64,000 nt of DNA from the human T2T-CHM13v2.0 reference genome, Homo sapiens. A program made the position numbers and the translations under genes. The notes under the pieces were generated by a model. That model saw nothing but the letters and a program-made list of their open reading frames with translations. It was not told where the DNA came from and made no database searches. The stretch lies in the NCBI RefSeq assembly GCF_009914755.1, contig NC_060932.1. The stretch is one strand, 5' to 3'. The first letter of the stretch is position 1. The number at the start of each line of letters is the position of its first letter. This document shows, in pieces, positions 25,796 through 40,966 of the stretch.

Positions 25796-27425
25796 AGTTT
25801 AGTATTTTATGTTTTTTATGTGATGTTTTATATGTGGGCTCTATTGTACAAAGTGTTGAGTCCGACCTGCCACATAAACTTATATGAAAAGTGTTATGGA
25901 AACATCATTCAAAAGAACTATACTCTACATTTGAATTGGTCATGGACTGACTGAAACAAAAAAGTCTCTAGATGGTGACAAACAAGTAGAGAGGAAGAAA
26001 TCAACAAGATAACGAAATTAAAGTTAGGTAAATCCCTGTAAGTGTGCTAGGCTTAGGAGAGGGCATTGAAACCCATCTTATTTAAGTTGCAAAGATAAGA
26101 GTGACCTGAGGTGGCAGCTGAGTAACAGTTGAAATTCCCAAAGCTGTAAGTTTCAGATCACTATTAATTAGAATAAGAGACAAAATTTCACACTGACTAT
26201 TTTAAAAAATGATCCCTTGACTTAATACAATTCAAATGCCTTGTATCTGCAGGTCCTAGGAAAGTATGTGGCATAAAGTTTGCAGTCAATAAATGTTGAC
26301 TGTGTGATTGAATAAGGCAAGTGGCAAGTTGAATGGTCACCAACTAGTGAAATATAATTAAGGTCCTTTCCATCTATCTCTACATTCTGGTAAGGTAATA
26401 AACACCAAAGATATAATTGCCTTATGGTGGAAGAAGCTGGTCCAAGTTGAGACTCCAGTTATAACTTGTTAGAAGAATCGCTGGGAATTCTCCTTCCATG
26501 CTGTGCCTTTTGTCTCCATTACTGCCCTTTTATTTAGCACTTTTATTCATGCATGGATGTTTATTTTAGTGATTTTCTAATTAACATTTCTATGTTCATT
26601 GTCTTGTGCCTCAAATCCTTCCTTCTTTCTGTCCCTTTCACCTTGTATCCACAAGCTGTGCTGAAGGGCCCTTGTTTTAAACTCTCAAGGCACTCGATAC
26701 TCACTTTTATCTTAAGGCTGAATTACCCATTTGTAACACTTGGAGAGTAGGTACTATACCTCATTTATTTCGGATATCCAGAGCCTAAAATGCTACCAGG
26801 CAAGTAGCATTTGTTAGAAATAAATTATTAAACTATATAGCTCAAAAATTTCACTTCTACACTTGTCAAGCCATTGTTATAACAGGTTTTATTTCCTCAA
26901 AATAACTTTTAAGGTGTATTTCCTATTTATATGCATAAATACTTAGGTTAGTGGTGACTCCTCAAGTCCTTAATTTCTATCAGCACTTTTTCAGGACTCT
27001 TTGCTAAGGTTACAAGATGTATGAGAAGGGATACTATTTGAGAGAAATAAAAAAACACTGAAAAGACAAGTACAAGGCTCTAAACACACATTTCCTACTG
27101 TAAATTATTTGGAGTTGAAAGATGTATGTGGAAAACCCTCTATTGCATGGTTAGGCATCAAGTATTAAATAATTTCATTTACAAAATTATTCTTGTTTAA
27201 ATATTAGGTCAATAATATAACCAAAGGATGAGTTACTAAGTCAGTCAGTCCGCCTGGCCTCTTTCATAAATATTTAAATGATCTGTTATGGTGCCCCTCC
27301 TCTTTAGAATAGCAGCACCTCAGGGAATGAGTCATGTCTGTTTCATCTTTGAAACTTCTACGAAGCACAGTGCCTGGCACATGAGAGATGCTCAGTAAAT
27401 GTTCAAGTAAATAAAACCTGAATAC

Positions 27426-27818
27426 TGTCTTAGTCTGTTAATGTCACTATAACAAAATACCTAAGACAGTAATTTATAATAAACAGGTATTTATTTTTTT
27501 TCACAGTTCTAGAGGCTGGGAAGTACAAGATCAAGGTGTCAGCAGGTCAGTTTTCTGGTGAGGGCTGCTCTTTGCTTCCAAGGTGGCCCCTCATTGCTGC
27601 GTCTTCCAGAGTGGAGGAAGGCTGTGTCTTCACATGACAGATGCAGTAAAAAGGAGCCAAACTCCCTCTGTCAAGCCCTTTTAAAATGGCACTACTTCGC
27701 TGATTTGGTGGAGCCCTCAGGACTTAACATCTCCCAAAAGGCCCTAACTCACAGTACTGTTGCATTGGGGTTAAGTTTCCAACACATAAATTTTTAAGGA
27801 TACATTCAGACCATGGTA
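27426..27818 (-). mobile_element. MSTD-like MaLR LTR
   Basis: tgtcttagtc...ggctgggaagtacaagatcaagg...ttgctgcgtcttccagag...cattcagacc. Confidence 0.85.
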
Positions 27819-28684
27819 GATGCCAAATCACTGATTGTGCTGAAGTGCTGATGATTTTGAAATGGCAGTATGGAAAGGAAAGGAATCACTAGGTCTACAA
27901 ATGAGATATGGAGGAAGTTGGGGGTAAGCCTATGCACAGGTAGAGACACTAAAATACAAAAAAGTACACACCTGCCATTCACTTTTATTTTGATGTTTCA
28001 ATTGCTCTAAATTTTCTAAATTTATCATATGTTCACAATATGGACATTGGGTTAGAATCTTTTTTTTTTTTTTTTTTTTTTTTTGCTGTGATAAAAATCT
28101 TCTGCTTCAACATGCGCTTCAAAAGGCACTATTTTCTGAATGATTACTGCTGTGTGAGTCCAGAAGAGTGATAAGTGAAAATCCATGCCAATGATTAAGA
28201 AGGAGTTGGCTTTACTGGGAGCATGAACCTTAATTGTCATATTGTTTTCTTTCCCTTTTTTTGAAACTTTATTTTTGTATCTATCTTTTTGGTTTTGGTT
28301 CATGGCTATGGGGTGTATATACTCTTAAATTTCTCTCTGAACTGTCAATTAATTTCAACTTGTTATGCATTTCTACTTAGTTTAACAAGCGTAAGCTTTT
28401 TGGTTGCTTGAACTGAAATTGCTGACCCATTATCATACATTTTACTGCATACATGTTTAAAGTACTTAAATATATTTTTAAATTAAGAGATATGACCTAG
28501 TTACTTAGAGTCACGAAACACATTTAACAAATATATTTAACGTATGGATGTAAAATGAATACCTGCATTAATCACCAAGGTTAAGAAACAGTATAGTGAC
28601 AATACCCCAGAGACCAACGTTTCTACCCTGGGCATTTTTTCTCAATATAGCTCCCTTTCACTTCCCTCTTAAACTTCTACACGC

Positions 28685-28940
28685 CTTTGCTTTCTAATGG
28701 TAGTAGCAAATTAACACAAACATAGCAATTTGAAACAATGTAAGTGTATTATCTTGCAGTTTCCATGGTTCAAGAGTCTGAACATACATTAGTTTTGTCT
28801 TTCGTTTGTGGTCTCCTAAGTCTGAAAGCAAAGCATTGGCTAAACTGCATTTCTTTTCTGGATCTCAGGTTTCCCTTTCAAGTTTATGTGGTTGGTAGCA
28901 GAATCCAATTCCTTGAAGTTGTGGGACAGAGAGGCACCTA
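28685..28940 (-). mobile_element. MLT1 LTR fragment
   Basis: ggttggtagcagaatccaattccttgaagttgtgggacagag. Confidence 0.6.
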
Positions 28941-28944
28941 TTTT

Positions 28945-30590
28945 ATTGAGTATTTGTTATTATAAGTCACTTTTCTCTTGCTGCTTTTAAATTTTTTTCT
29001 TTGACTTTAGCTTTGACAGTTCGGTTATCATGTGTCTAGATTTGAATCTCTTTGTGTTTATCCCATTTGAAATTTGTTGAGCTTCTTAGATGTACAGGTT
29101 AATGTGTTTTTTAAGTTTGGAAATTTTTTGATAATCATTTCTCCAAATAGTCTTTTGCCCATTTCTCTCTCGTCTACTTCTGAGAATCATACTGTATATA
29201 TAAATTTATGAGTTGGCATGCTTGATTGTGTTCCATAGGTCTCTGAGACTCTGTTAACTTCATCTTTTTTCTTTTTGTTCCCAGACTAAATGATCTCAAT
29301 TGGCTAATCTTTCAGTTATCTGGTAATTTATTCTGCCAGCTCAAATCTGCTGTTGAACCTCTCTAGTGGATTTTTCATTACAGCTATTGTATTCTTCAAT
29401 CCAGGTTTTTGTTTGATTATTTTCTATAATTTCTACCTCTTTATTGATATTCTTTATTTGGTGAGACATCATTTCCATTTGATCTTTTTTTTAGATATGT
29501 CTTTCTTTAGTTCTTTGAACATATTTAAAATAGCTAATTTAGAAATTTTTGTCTAGTAAGTCGAAAGTCTTGGCTTCTTCAGGGACAGGATCTACTGTGC
29601 AAAGAGCATACTCTTTTTGTTTTTGCATGTCTCATTTTTTGTTATTGAAAACTGGACATTTTAAGTAATATAACATAGCAACCCTAAAAATAATTCAGTC
29701 CTCCTTAGGGCTTGATGTTGTCACTGTTTGTTTTTGGTTTTGGCGCTGCTGTTACTGTGCTCATTATTATTGTTGCTGTTGCATTTATTTGTTTGGTTAC
29801 GGTCCTGAACTAATGTTGCAAAGTCTTTATTCTTTACTATATATTGCCCATGAAGCCTCTGCTTTGCTAGCCTACTGGTCAGTTAATGACTGGACAGATA
29901 TTTCCTTAAATGCCTGGAACCAGTAAGTCTCTCAACTATTGCTGAGATGCTCTGTGTGCATGTTGGGGCACACCTTCAATGCTCAGGCAGGTAGTTCATA
30001 ATTCTGCCTTAGCCCTTACTTCCTGCATTTGTAAATACTGTCAGAAGTAAGAGCCATTGCCTTTATGGTTCTGGACATGAACACAGGTCGTGCACACAGG
30101 TGCAATGTTAAATAATTTGACAAATATTTTCATCTGAAAGGCTGTTCACACTGAATGAAAAATAAAGAGATACAAAAAAGACAGTTTATGGGAGTCAGGG
30201 TTTCTAGCAAACTTTTAGACAGGTCGAATAATGACAATTCTCTAAATGCTGCTATTGGGGAGGTTCAAATGTGTTCTGCCCATCTAGTGATTGTTAAAGT
30301 ACTGGTTATCACCATGACTGTGGGGCTGCTAGTATTTAAAACACCTGTGGAATTAGGGAATAAGGTATTGGAATAGGGTAAATTAAAATGCCAGACCGCT
30401 TTCTATTCTTACCAGGACTCAGCCACTTTTCTGGAATAAATGCTGTCTAGCTTGTTACAAGTCTTTGGTTAGTTTCTAGAGTTTTGAAAAAGTTGATTTT
30501 GGTAATTTTTGCATGCATTCTCATTGCTTTAATGGAGGAGCACATATTTGGATTTCCTTATTCTACCATTCCTACTGATGTCCCTGTCAT
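28945..30590 (-). mobile_element. Ancient L1M 5' region / ORF1 (L1MD-like)
   Basis: gtcacttttctcttgctgctttt...gagcttcttagatgt...tcaaatctgctgttgaacctctctagtg...aaatgcctggaaccag. Confidence 0.7.
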
Positions 30591-32834
30591 GTGTCTTGAT
30601 GAAAAAAAAAGATTTTCATTTTAATATATTCTACTTTATCAATTTTTCCTCCGTAATTTTGATAAATCTTTTCCTACTATGTGATCATACCCTAATACAT
30701 ATCATAGAATATTATTTTTTAACATACTCTTGGGTTTAAACTAGTAACACTTGGTAATTTGACATGTCAACTCATATTAGAAGCCATTGTAGCATTATTA
30801 TCAAATTGATTGCTATCAGATGGTAAACAATCTTACCAGAAGTTATGTACCAAATCAATCTTTTGAAAATTGTATTTCTTCTCTTCACCTCCAGTTTTAA
30901 ATCTTGGAATCATGGAGCCAGAGGGTATTTAACGATCACTTAATTACTTGGACCATGTAGGTGGTTTTTCAGTCCTGCTTCTCTAATTAAATGTGGTGCT
31001 TTCTTTCTGTGTGTGTGCAGAAATAGAGTTCTAGAATCAGGGGAAGTTGGTATAACCTATTGTACAGTGAGATCCAGAAATGCCCAACAGAAAGACCACA
31101 CAATACGCTAGAAGACTGGAGGTCTAAGATGCAGAGACAGATTAAATCTGACCAATAAAACATATTAGTAATGTTGCGGGACATGCAACTATAGATGTTT
31201 TTTTTTCTTGTCAGGTAGTCTGATAATAAAGTTTTTTCTATAAAAGGATATTGCTTAAGTTGAGTGATGACCTCTCCATATTATTTTATCCTTATATTTC
31301 CATAACAATTGATATCCCCCACAATCACATTTCTTAAAGTTTTACCCAATTTAAAATTTTACTAAACTACTCCAGGTAATAACAGGCAACATTTTAAGGG
31401 GAACTCTTTGTTCAACCCACATGGGTAAGGAAATAAGAAAACTAGATAAAAAGCTTCTGCATAAAATTTTATCAACCATGTATCACAAAAACCTGAGTCA
31501 CTAAAAAAGTATCTAAATCCCAGTGGAAATGCCTACTATCCTGTCGATAAGGACAAAACACCATTTTTTATTTTTTATTTTAAGAGCAAATAGCCTCTCA
31601 GCAGTTTGATGGGTTTTAAGAACACAAAATACCAGACGCTTCCTGATGGGGGCCACCTGCTCTTTCCTTCCCATAGAAGGGTTCCTAGGCCATCCTCACT
31701 TCCATTCTTCTGTTGTTCATTATGTATCTGGTGTATGCATGAATACCAATGGAGATCTTCCGCAGCTGGGACTTCCTGTTTTAATTGTCTGGATCTTTTC
31801 CTTTACTAGCTTGGAAGAGTTTTATAAGCTTCTCCCAGGGTGGTCAAATGTAGCTGCTTTTCCTAGCAAAACACAGTCCCCACCGAATGAGGCCCTCCTT
31901 TACCAGTTACCTAACCCTGGATGAAAAAATGTGCTGTGTATTAATAATTCTCTTCTTCCTTCACACTCCTTAGCTAGAATCACCTTACAATTTTTGCCTC
32001 TTGCCCACTCCATCTTCTCTCTTCTTTGTATAGGTAATTTTCCATTTTACCAAGTCAGGAGTTTTACTTGGTACCTTGTTGATGGCTGTTTTTTAAATTT
32101 ACGCTATTCCTCAAGGCTCAACTGAAGTATAAGTTATAAAAAGTACACGTGATTTTTAGATCAGACCCTGAGCAAGGCTTAATTATTAAGATGAAGGACA
32201 GTGTGTTTTATTTTGTCCTGTGAAAACTATGTAACAAGCCGTGCCTCTTCCTTGGGTATAATTTCTAGGAAGTTAAGGAATATTTTTTCTTCTAAAATAG
32301 CTTATTACAAAATTCTAGCACAATTGTCTTTCAATGTATTCTTTTGCCATGATTCTCAACATTTTCTGGGTCATGAAAGTCTTTGAGAATTTAAAGAACT
32401 CCCAGAATAATATACATTTGCTACAAATTTTGCATGCAATTCAGGAACTTCTGACATTCTTCCATGGAACCGTGGGTTCTATGTGTTCTCTGATTTTTCT
32501 AATTTTAATTTTCTTTCATATAAAAAGGTTATTAGCTTTCTAAATTTACTAAAGGCAGTATTATAAGCTTTCACATTTCTTTGTAACATAGTCATAAATT
32601 TTGAATGAGTAGAAAATTTACTTGTTTGAAAATTAAAAAAAAATAAACATTTTGAAGGATGAGCTTCAAAATTACAACTAGATAAATTGCTATGGGCATA
32701 TACATTGATATAACCACTTTGAAAATCAATTCAACATTGTTTTATAAAGTCAAATTTTCACATTCATTATGACTCAGCAGTTCCACTTTAGAGTATAAAT
32801 CCAAGAGAAAAAAACAAACTTATACCAAGTTATG

Positions 32835-33110
32835 TTATATATTTAAATTTAGATAGTTACATCTATATAGCTATAGATATATATAGATATAGCTTTATAT
32901 ATACATATATAAACTACTGATATATAGGTATAGATAGATGATATCTATCTACATACACACAAACATACATGCACAGAGAGAAGGATGTATATACGTATAT
33001 ATCTTTATATATCCCTCTATATATTATGGGTATAGATATACAGATAGATAGGTATAGATATCTATTTATCTGTATGTACACAGACACACACACACACACG
33101 CACCCAGAGA
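32835..33110. repeat. Low-complexity (TA)/(TAGA)/(CA) repeat
   Basis: Directly visible. Confidence 0.85.
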
Positions 33111-33114
33111 GAGA

Positions 33115-34033
<919 letters not shown>

Positions 34034-34349
34034 TGTGTGTGTTTATAAGTATATATTTATATATTTAATGTGTGTGTGTGTTCGTGTATGTTAAAACCTA
34101 GCACATAAAGAAGGGGATTATAAACACAGGGGCTATATTCCACACCAGGCAGGACCAACAACGATAATCACTCTGTTACCTATTTCCACAAGAAATGAAA
34201 TCACTCTAAGATTTTAGAGACTTTAAAATACTTTTTGTCAAAATATTCGAGAGGTCAGATATATAAATCACATTCACACCACACAGTGTTCTATCAGCTT
34301 GCATGCCCTTCTTATCTCTTCAACAGTGTCCTCTCTATTTCATCTCCTA

Positions 34350-34913
34350 TTTATTTTTATTTATTTCTATTGTTTATTTTATCTCAGTTTTTTTTAATTC
34401 GTCATTTCCATAGGTTTTTTGGGACCAGATGGTGTTTGGTAAGTTCTTCAGTGGTGATTTGTGAGATTTTTGTGCACCCATCACCTGCGCAATATACACT
34501 GAACCACTGAATCCAATTTGTAGTCTGTTATCCCTCACCCCCTTCCTACCCTTCCCCCCTGAGTCCTCAAAGTCCATTGTGTCATTCTTATGCCTTTGCA
34601 TCCTCATAGCTTAGCTCCCACTTACGAGCGAGAACATACGATGTTTGGTTTCCCATTCCTGAGTTACCTCCCTTAGAATAATAGTCTCCAATCCCATCCA
34701 GGTTGCTGCTAATGCCGTTAATTCATTCCTTTTATGGCTGAGTAGTATTCCATCACCTATATATCACAGTTTCTTTATCCACTTGTTTATTGATGGGCAT
34801 TTGGGTTGGTTCCACATTTTTGCAACTGTGAATTGTGCTGCTATAAATAATGCGTGTGCAAGTATCTACTTTGTATAATGACTTCTTTTCCTCTGGATAG
34901 ATATCCAGTAGTG
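34350..34913 (-). mobile_element. L1PB1-like 3' fragment
   Basis: tttccataggttttttggg...gtggtgatttgtgagatttt...cttagctcccacttacgagcgagaacatacg. Confidence 0.88.
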
Positions 34914-35597
34914 CCCTTATTTCAGAACAGTAAAATAAGTTTTCCTTTTTTTCTGGGCCAGAACCTTTCTGCCACACTTTATTCTTCTCAGAGTCTCAGA
35001 ATGTCTAACAGCCTCGGGGCCCATGTGAGCATTTTCTTTTCCCCAAATACAGTAAGTTCTTCTTAAGAAATTATTTATTTTCTGCCTCATTAGAAGTGTG
35101 TCATTTAGTATCATATGGAAAAGCTGTTTTTTTACAATCATGATTGCAACCATGACCCATTTATTCTGGAATCCTATCATCCCATATTTCTGAGACTTGT
35201 TCATTTCAGGATGTGTATGCTGCATCATGAAAGATTGTATTTACAACAATGTCAGCAGTGTTTGAGCACCTATAATGTTCAAATCTGTATGCTAGTTGTT
35301 GATTGGGGTCATGAATTTGAATATGCACAGTCCTGCCCTTGAATGTACCACTGAATGGGGAAAACACACATTAAATTAAATAGTTCCTCTGCAAAGCAGA
35401 TTATGAACAATGTGAAGGTAGAGGGATGAAGGAACAAAGATGGTGCTGAACCATTAAGTGTGGGAGGCTGCAGATTATGGAGACCCCCCTGGGGGGTTGA
35501 GACTTGGAGGGAGATCAGAGCTTTGCTTAAAGATGGCTCTCCTTTATATCTTAGGAATGATGTCTTGGTAATGCTAACTTAGTTTGGGCTTCTTCCT

Positions 35598-36115
35598 CTT
35601 AGTTAGGTTTCCTCCAAAGTGATGCCTGAGACATGACTTGGGTAAAAGTAGTTTATTTAGGAAGTGACCCCAGAAAGCAGGAGAAAGGGAGTAAAGGGAG
35701 TGCAATGGGGAAGGAGAAAAAGCAAAATGAGAGAGCGTTATTGAGGTTGCTGCGGCAGGGAACAAGAACTTGATCCTACCTGAATCTTTGAGAAATGTAC
35801 AGATATGACCTTGAATTGTCCACTCAAAGGACAGGAAGCTGGAAAAGTTATCCTCTGTTTTCAGTTTCACATTAGTTGAATTATGTTCCTGTGATTCTTA
35901 ACTCCCCTGTATTTCTGGATGCAATTATGGGATGGTCAAATTGGCTCTTGTGACATCAGAAATGGCACTTGGGCAGGAAGCAGAAGAGAGGAGAGTGTAT
36001 TTGAAGAAGGGTCACCTCCAGGTAAGTATAAGCTTCCATTGTAATGTGCACCAGAGCTGCAGCTACAACCAGGGAAGGCTGAAAGGCTATGGCACAGAGC
36101 AGCAAAGATACCTGC
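35598..36115 (-). mobile_element. LTR16-family solo LTR
   Basis: ttaggtttcctcc...cctgagaca...aagtagtttatttaggaagtgacccc; ttaactcccctgtatttctgg. Confidence 0.7.
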
Positions 36116-37254
36116 TAGAAGTACAAAAGATGTCCAAAGGTGTTCAGGATTGGAAGCAAGGAAGCCAGTTAGAATATGAAAGTAATGAAGGCTTTATCCA
36201 TTCGATGTCTTTCCAACCTTTTCTGTCTGCCTGGAAGACTTTTCCCTCCTCACTGTTAGCCTAAACTCTACTCTTTTTTCAAAGCCTAATTAATAGGCAC
36301 AGCCTAGAATAGTTCTTGGAACTCCATACATGTTCAATATTATTTGCTGAATAAACAGCTAGCATATTCATTGTGATTGAAACTTTACACACTCATTGAA
36401 GTTAATACCCCCAAAACCTTGATATACATGCATTAGTATCTCAGTTTTCTAGACATATTCATATATTCATTCAACAAAGATTGCTGAATGTCAGACACTG
36501 TACTGGTTTATAGAAGCTGGTAAGGAAATCGATCCTCAAGAAAGTTAAATCTTTTGCCAAAGAACTCATAGTCAGTGGAAAGGAAACATACTCAGTGATA
36601 TTTTCTTGCATTCATCCACCACCATTCTTCTATTCCATAATTCTCACAGTTAACTCTCATCAACTCACAACCATCTCATCAATCTTTAATTCCCATACTG
36701 CACTGTGATTTTTTCATTTGTCATGCTATGTGATGCTGTGCATTTTCACCTTTTATGTTTATCTTTGTCTTTTCTCTTCAAATGAGCCCCTTGAGGGCAA
36801 AACCTATGGTATCATGCTTTTTCATAGCCTTAGGCCAAGGCAAGACCCTATAGTGCTACCTTCTAATGCATTTTGGTGATTATCTAGATCTTTAATAGTA
36901 CCCATCAGCACATTTCTCTTCCTATTAAAACATCACAGAAAGAATACAATGTCATTTGATGTGAATGCAGAGCTGGCATCCGAATTAAAACCTTTTATGG
37001 TAACATCGGAGCTTTGCTGAAAGTAGAGAAATAATAGCAGTGCAAAAATGCGGACTTATGGACAAATAATCTTTTGCAACATTTTTGGGGGGAGAGTTTC
37101 ATTTGAATTCAAAATTTGACAGTGGCTGGAAAAGACCGTGTTTAAGGAAAGATATACAAGCTTGGACACATCCAGATACATCCCATCCACCTGTTGTCTG
37201 TTACCCCTCACAATGCAACACTCTCTAAAATGCCTCTAGTACATATGTCTAGAA

Positions 37255-37877
<623 letters not shown>

Positions 37878-39771
37878 TTTCTAGGCTGACTTCTACAGCT
37901 GGTTTTCCTGGTGTGTGTGTGTGTGTGCAGTGTATGTGTTTCTGACATACGGGTTTTTACAGCAGTTTCCCTATGGTCCCTCATCCTGTTTGATGACAGA
38001 CTTTCAGAATAGAGCCCATGGACCTTGGCTATCATATGATGTATTCTAACGTACATATAACATTCATGTATTCTATTAATATCATGTATACTTTTCTGCC
38101 CAATGTGGGCTCTCGATAAGTGCTACTTTTCTGAAAATTGGGAGTGTGTAGAAAAAAATAGCATCTTCTGCATTAAAAAGCAACTAAAAATAAACATTTA
38201 ATTTTTAATTAGAAAGATCTCAAAGAAATGGGCACCTGTAAACCTTCTCGGGAAACTTTATTTTTATTAAAATTACGGGCTATTTTGTTTGTGTATTCTG
38301 GGTTCTGCCTTTTACAGCTCCTTAGAAAAACAGTGAGTACTTGAAGTCTTGTTATTTTTTTTCTTAATTTCAAAGCCTAAATGGAAAGTATGAGTTGACA
38401 TGAACTTTTCTGTCCTTTCCACTGTGTAGGGGAGCTGAAGTTGTGTATTGCATAAGACCAGGGCCTTGGAAACAGATAAGCTACAGATTAAATCCCAGAT
38501 CTTCACTTTACTAGCTGTGTGACTTTGAGCACTTTCACTGATCTCAATAAGCCTTTGATTATTTTGTTATACAAATTTCCTCTTTTGTAAAGCTGAAGTG
38601 TTCATGTTTGTTTTTACTCTTAAAAGTATCTTGAATCCAATTATTCTTCTCAAATTCTATCATTAACATCTTAGTCAAGCAACTGTCAACTCTTGTATTA
38701 ATTACCTGAAAGCATGCTTTTTCCTGTTTCTATGTATCCCCACCTACAAAACAATTTCTCCACAGTAGCCAGAGGTTTTTCATCAAGTGCACATCTGATT
38801 TTATGCAGTTTACTAATGACTGCTGAGATGAGCCACTCATTTCTATTGATGATTGGTTTTTGTTTTCGCAGCCAGAAGATGCCAGTGTTCTGTGCTTTAG
38901 TTAAACCCCAGTTGGTATTTCTTCACTGACATTTTCCTTTCCTCTTGATTACTATTATCAGTCTCAAGAAAAGCAAGATTGTTTAAAATCTATTTTTAAT
39001 TCTCCAACTTTGAATAAATTATTCATTATAAAAATCACAAAAACTAGTCAATTTACCCACGAATCATAGAATACCCAGTACTATTCCTTTATCAGTTATT
39101 AGATAGATTTCAGGTAGACAATGAGGGCCAATACCATAATTCACTTGCTGCTGAGAATGAACAGTGGTTGCTCGTACACTACCAAGTTTGCCTCTTTGGG
39201 TCTCATTCTTTGCCTATTCAGTTTAGCAGCTCCTGCACTGGATACTTTCCATATCCCTCCAAGCCCATCTCTTGTTCTTCTCCCACGAAATTGCAATATT
39301 TATGAATGTCTTCCATCAATTCTTCCTTGACTATGTGCTTTTACTCTGATTTATTTTGTTTTACATAACATTGTTTTATGTCCATTTGCCTCATATAAAT
39401 CCTGATTCAGTTCTTCCATGCATGAAACCATCCTTAAATTAAGCCCGGTGGCTGTTACTCTGCTATCAAGTTCTTGTCACTCATTTCCAAATTCTCATTT
39501 TAAACCCTTTGAGTACACTGATAGGGATGTTACAATGCACTGTTCTTAAGTCTTTTCTTGTGCTTACACTGTCTCCCCAAATGAAGGGGGAGGGGGGTGA
39601 CAGCATAAATGGCAAGAGATTGTCTCTCTTTTTTCCCTTCCATTTCTTTTGTGATGTAAACAATGCCTTGGAGACTGTTCTACTCAGCATACGAACTTAT
39701 TATTTAGGAAATAGTGAATATATCATAGCCAATATTTTGAGCACCCATTATTTCAGGCACATAAATACATC

Positions 39772-40022
39772 ACCTTCCTTCCTCCCTTCTTTCCTTCTTT
39801 TCTTCCTTCCTTCCTTCTTTCCTTCCTCCTTCCCTCCCCTCCTCCTTCCCTCCCCTCCTCCTTCCCTCCCCTCCTCCTTCCCTCCCCTCCTCCTTCCCTC
39901 CCCTCCTCCTTCCCTCCCCTCCTCCTTCCCTCCCCTCCTCCTTCCCTCCCTCCCTCCTTCCCTCCCTTCCTTCCTTCCTTCCTTTCTTCCTTCCTTCCTT
40001 CCCACCTTCTTTCCTTCCTTCT
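39772..40022. repeat. Polypyrimidine tract with 7 perfect copies of cttccctcccctcctc (39829-39940)
   Basis: Directly visible. Confidence 0.95.
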
Positions 40023-40288
40023 CACTCTGTCACCCAGGATGGAGAGGAGTGGCATCATCATAGCCCACTGTAACCTCAAATGCCTGGGCTCAAGCAATTC
40101 TCCTACCTCAGCCTCCTGAAGAGTTGGAACTATAAGCTGTGCCACCATACCTGGCTAATTTTATTTTTTGTGGAGATGGGATCTTGCTAGGTTGCCCAGG
40201 TGGGTCTCAAACTTCTGGCCTCAGGTGATCTTCCCACCTCGGCCTCCCAAAGTGCTGGGAAAACAGATGTGAGCCACCACACCAGGCC
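40020..40288 (-). mobile_element. AluJ
   Basis: ctcactctgtcacccagg...gggctcaagcaattctcc...ggcctcccaaagtgctggga. Confidence 0.92.
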
Positions 40289-40787
40289 TCACAGAAATTT
40301 TTTTTCTGCATCAGTAGCACACAAAGCTAGTACATTTCTTTTACAAGTTGCATCCTATTCTGTATTATGAATATAATATAAATTTATTAAACAATATTCC
40401 TATTGATGATCACTTTGGCTACTTTCAAATTTTCAAGCAATTAACAAAATACTGCTATGAACATACCATGCCTTTGAGGATTTATGCATCTATAATCTGG
40501 AAAAAAAAGTTTTTAGATGTGGGATTTATACATTTGCACCTGCAAAATGGCAATATTTATTTAAAACTTCAGTGGTTTCAAAGTGTGCATGCCTTGATAG
40601 TTTAGATATACTTCCGCTTCTTCTTGCTGGGACATTAAAAAAGCAATCGTAATAAATAAGACTTGATGACGAGGGCAATCACAGTGCTGGGAATGGTGGT
40701 TGAAGAAGATACAGAGGGTAAACTTTATCATCTCAAGATGATGTAAATCGACTATTTGATTAAACCACTGAAAATATATGTTAGATC

Positions 40788-40931
40788 GTGTGTGTGTGTG
40801 TATGATTATATATATATACACACACACACAGTATATTATATATATATAATATGTATATATATATATACATACATACATATATATGTATATATATATGATA
40901 TATATGATATATATCATATATATATACACAC

Positions 40932-40965
<34 letters not shown>
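40788..40965. repeat. Compound (TG)n-(TA)n-(CA)n microsatellite
   Basis: Directly visible. Confidence 0.95.

Positions 40966-40966
<1 letters not shown>

Noticed and set aside
39509-40148. Pro/Ser-rich and Gly/Arg/Glu-rich ORFs
   Set aside because: Translation of the C/T tract and the adjacent Alu
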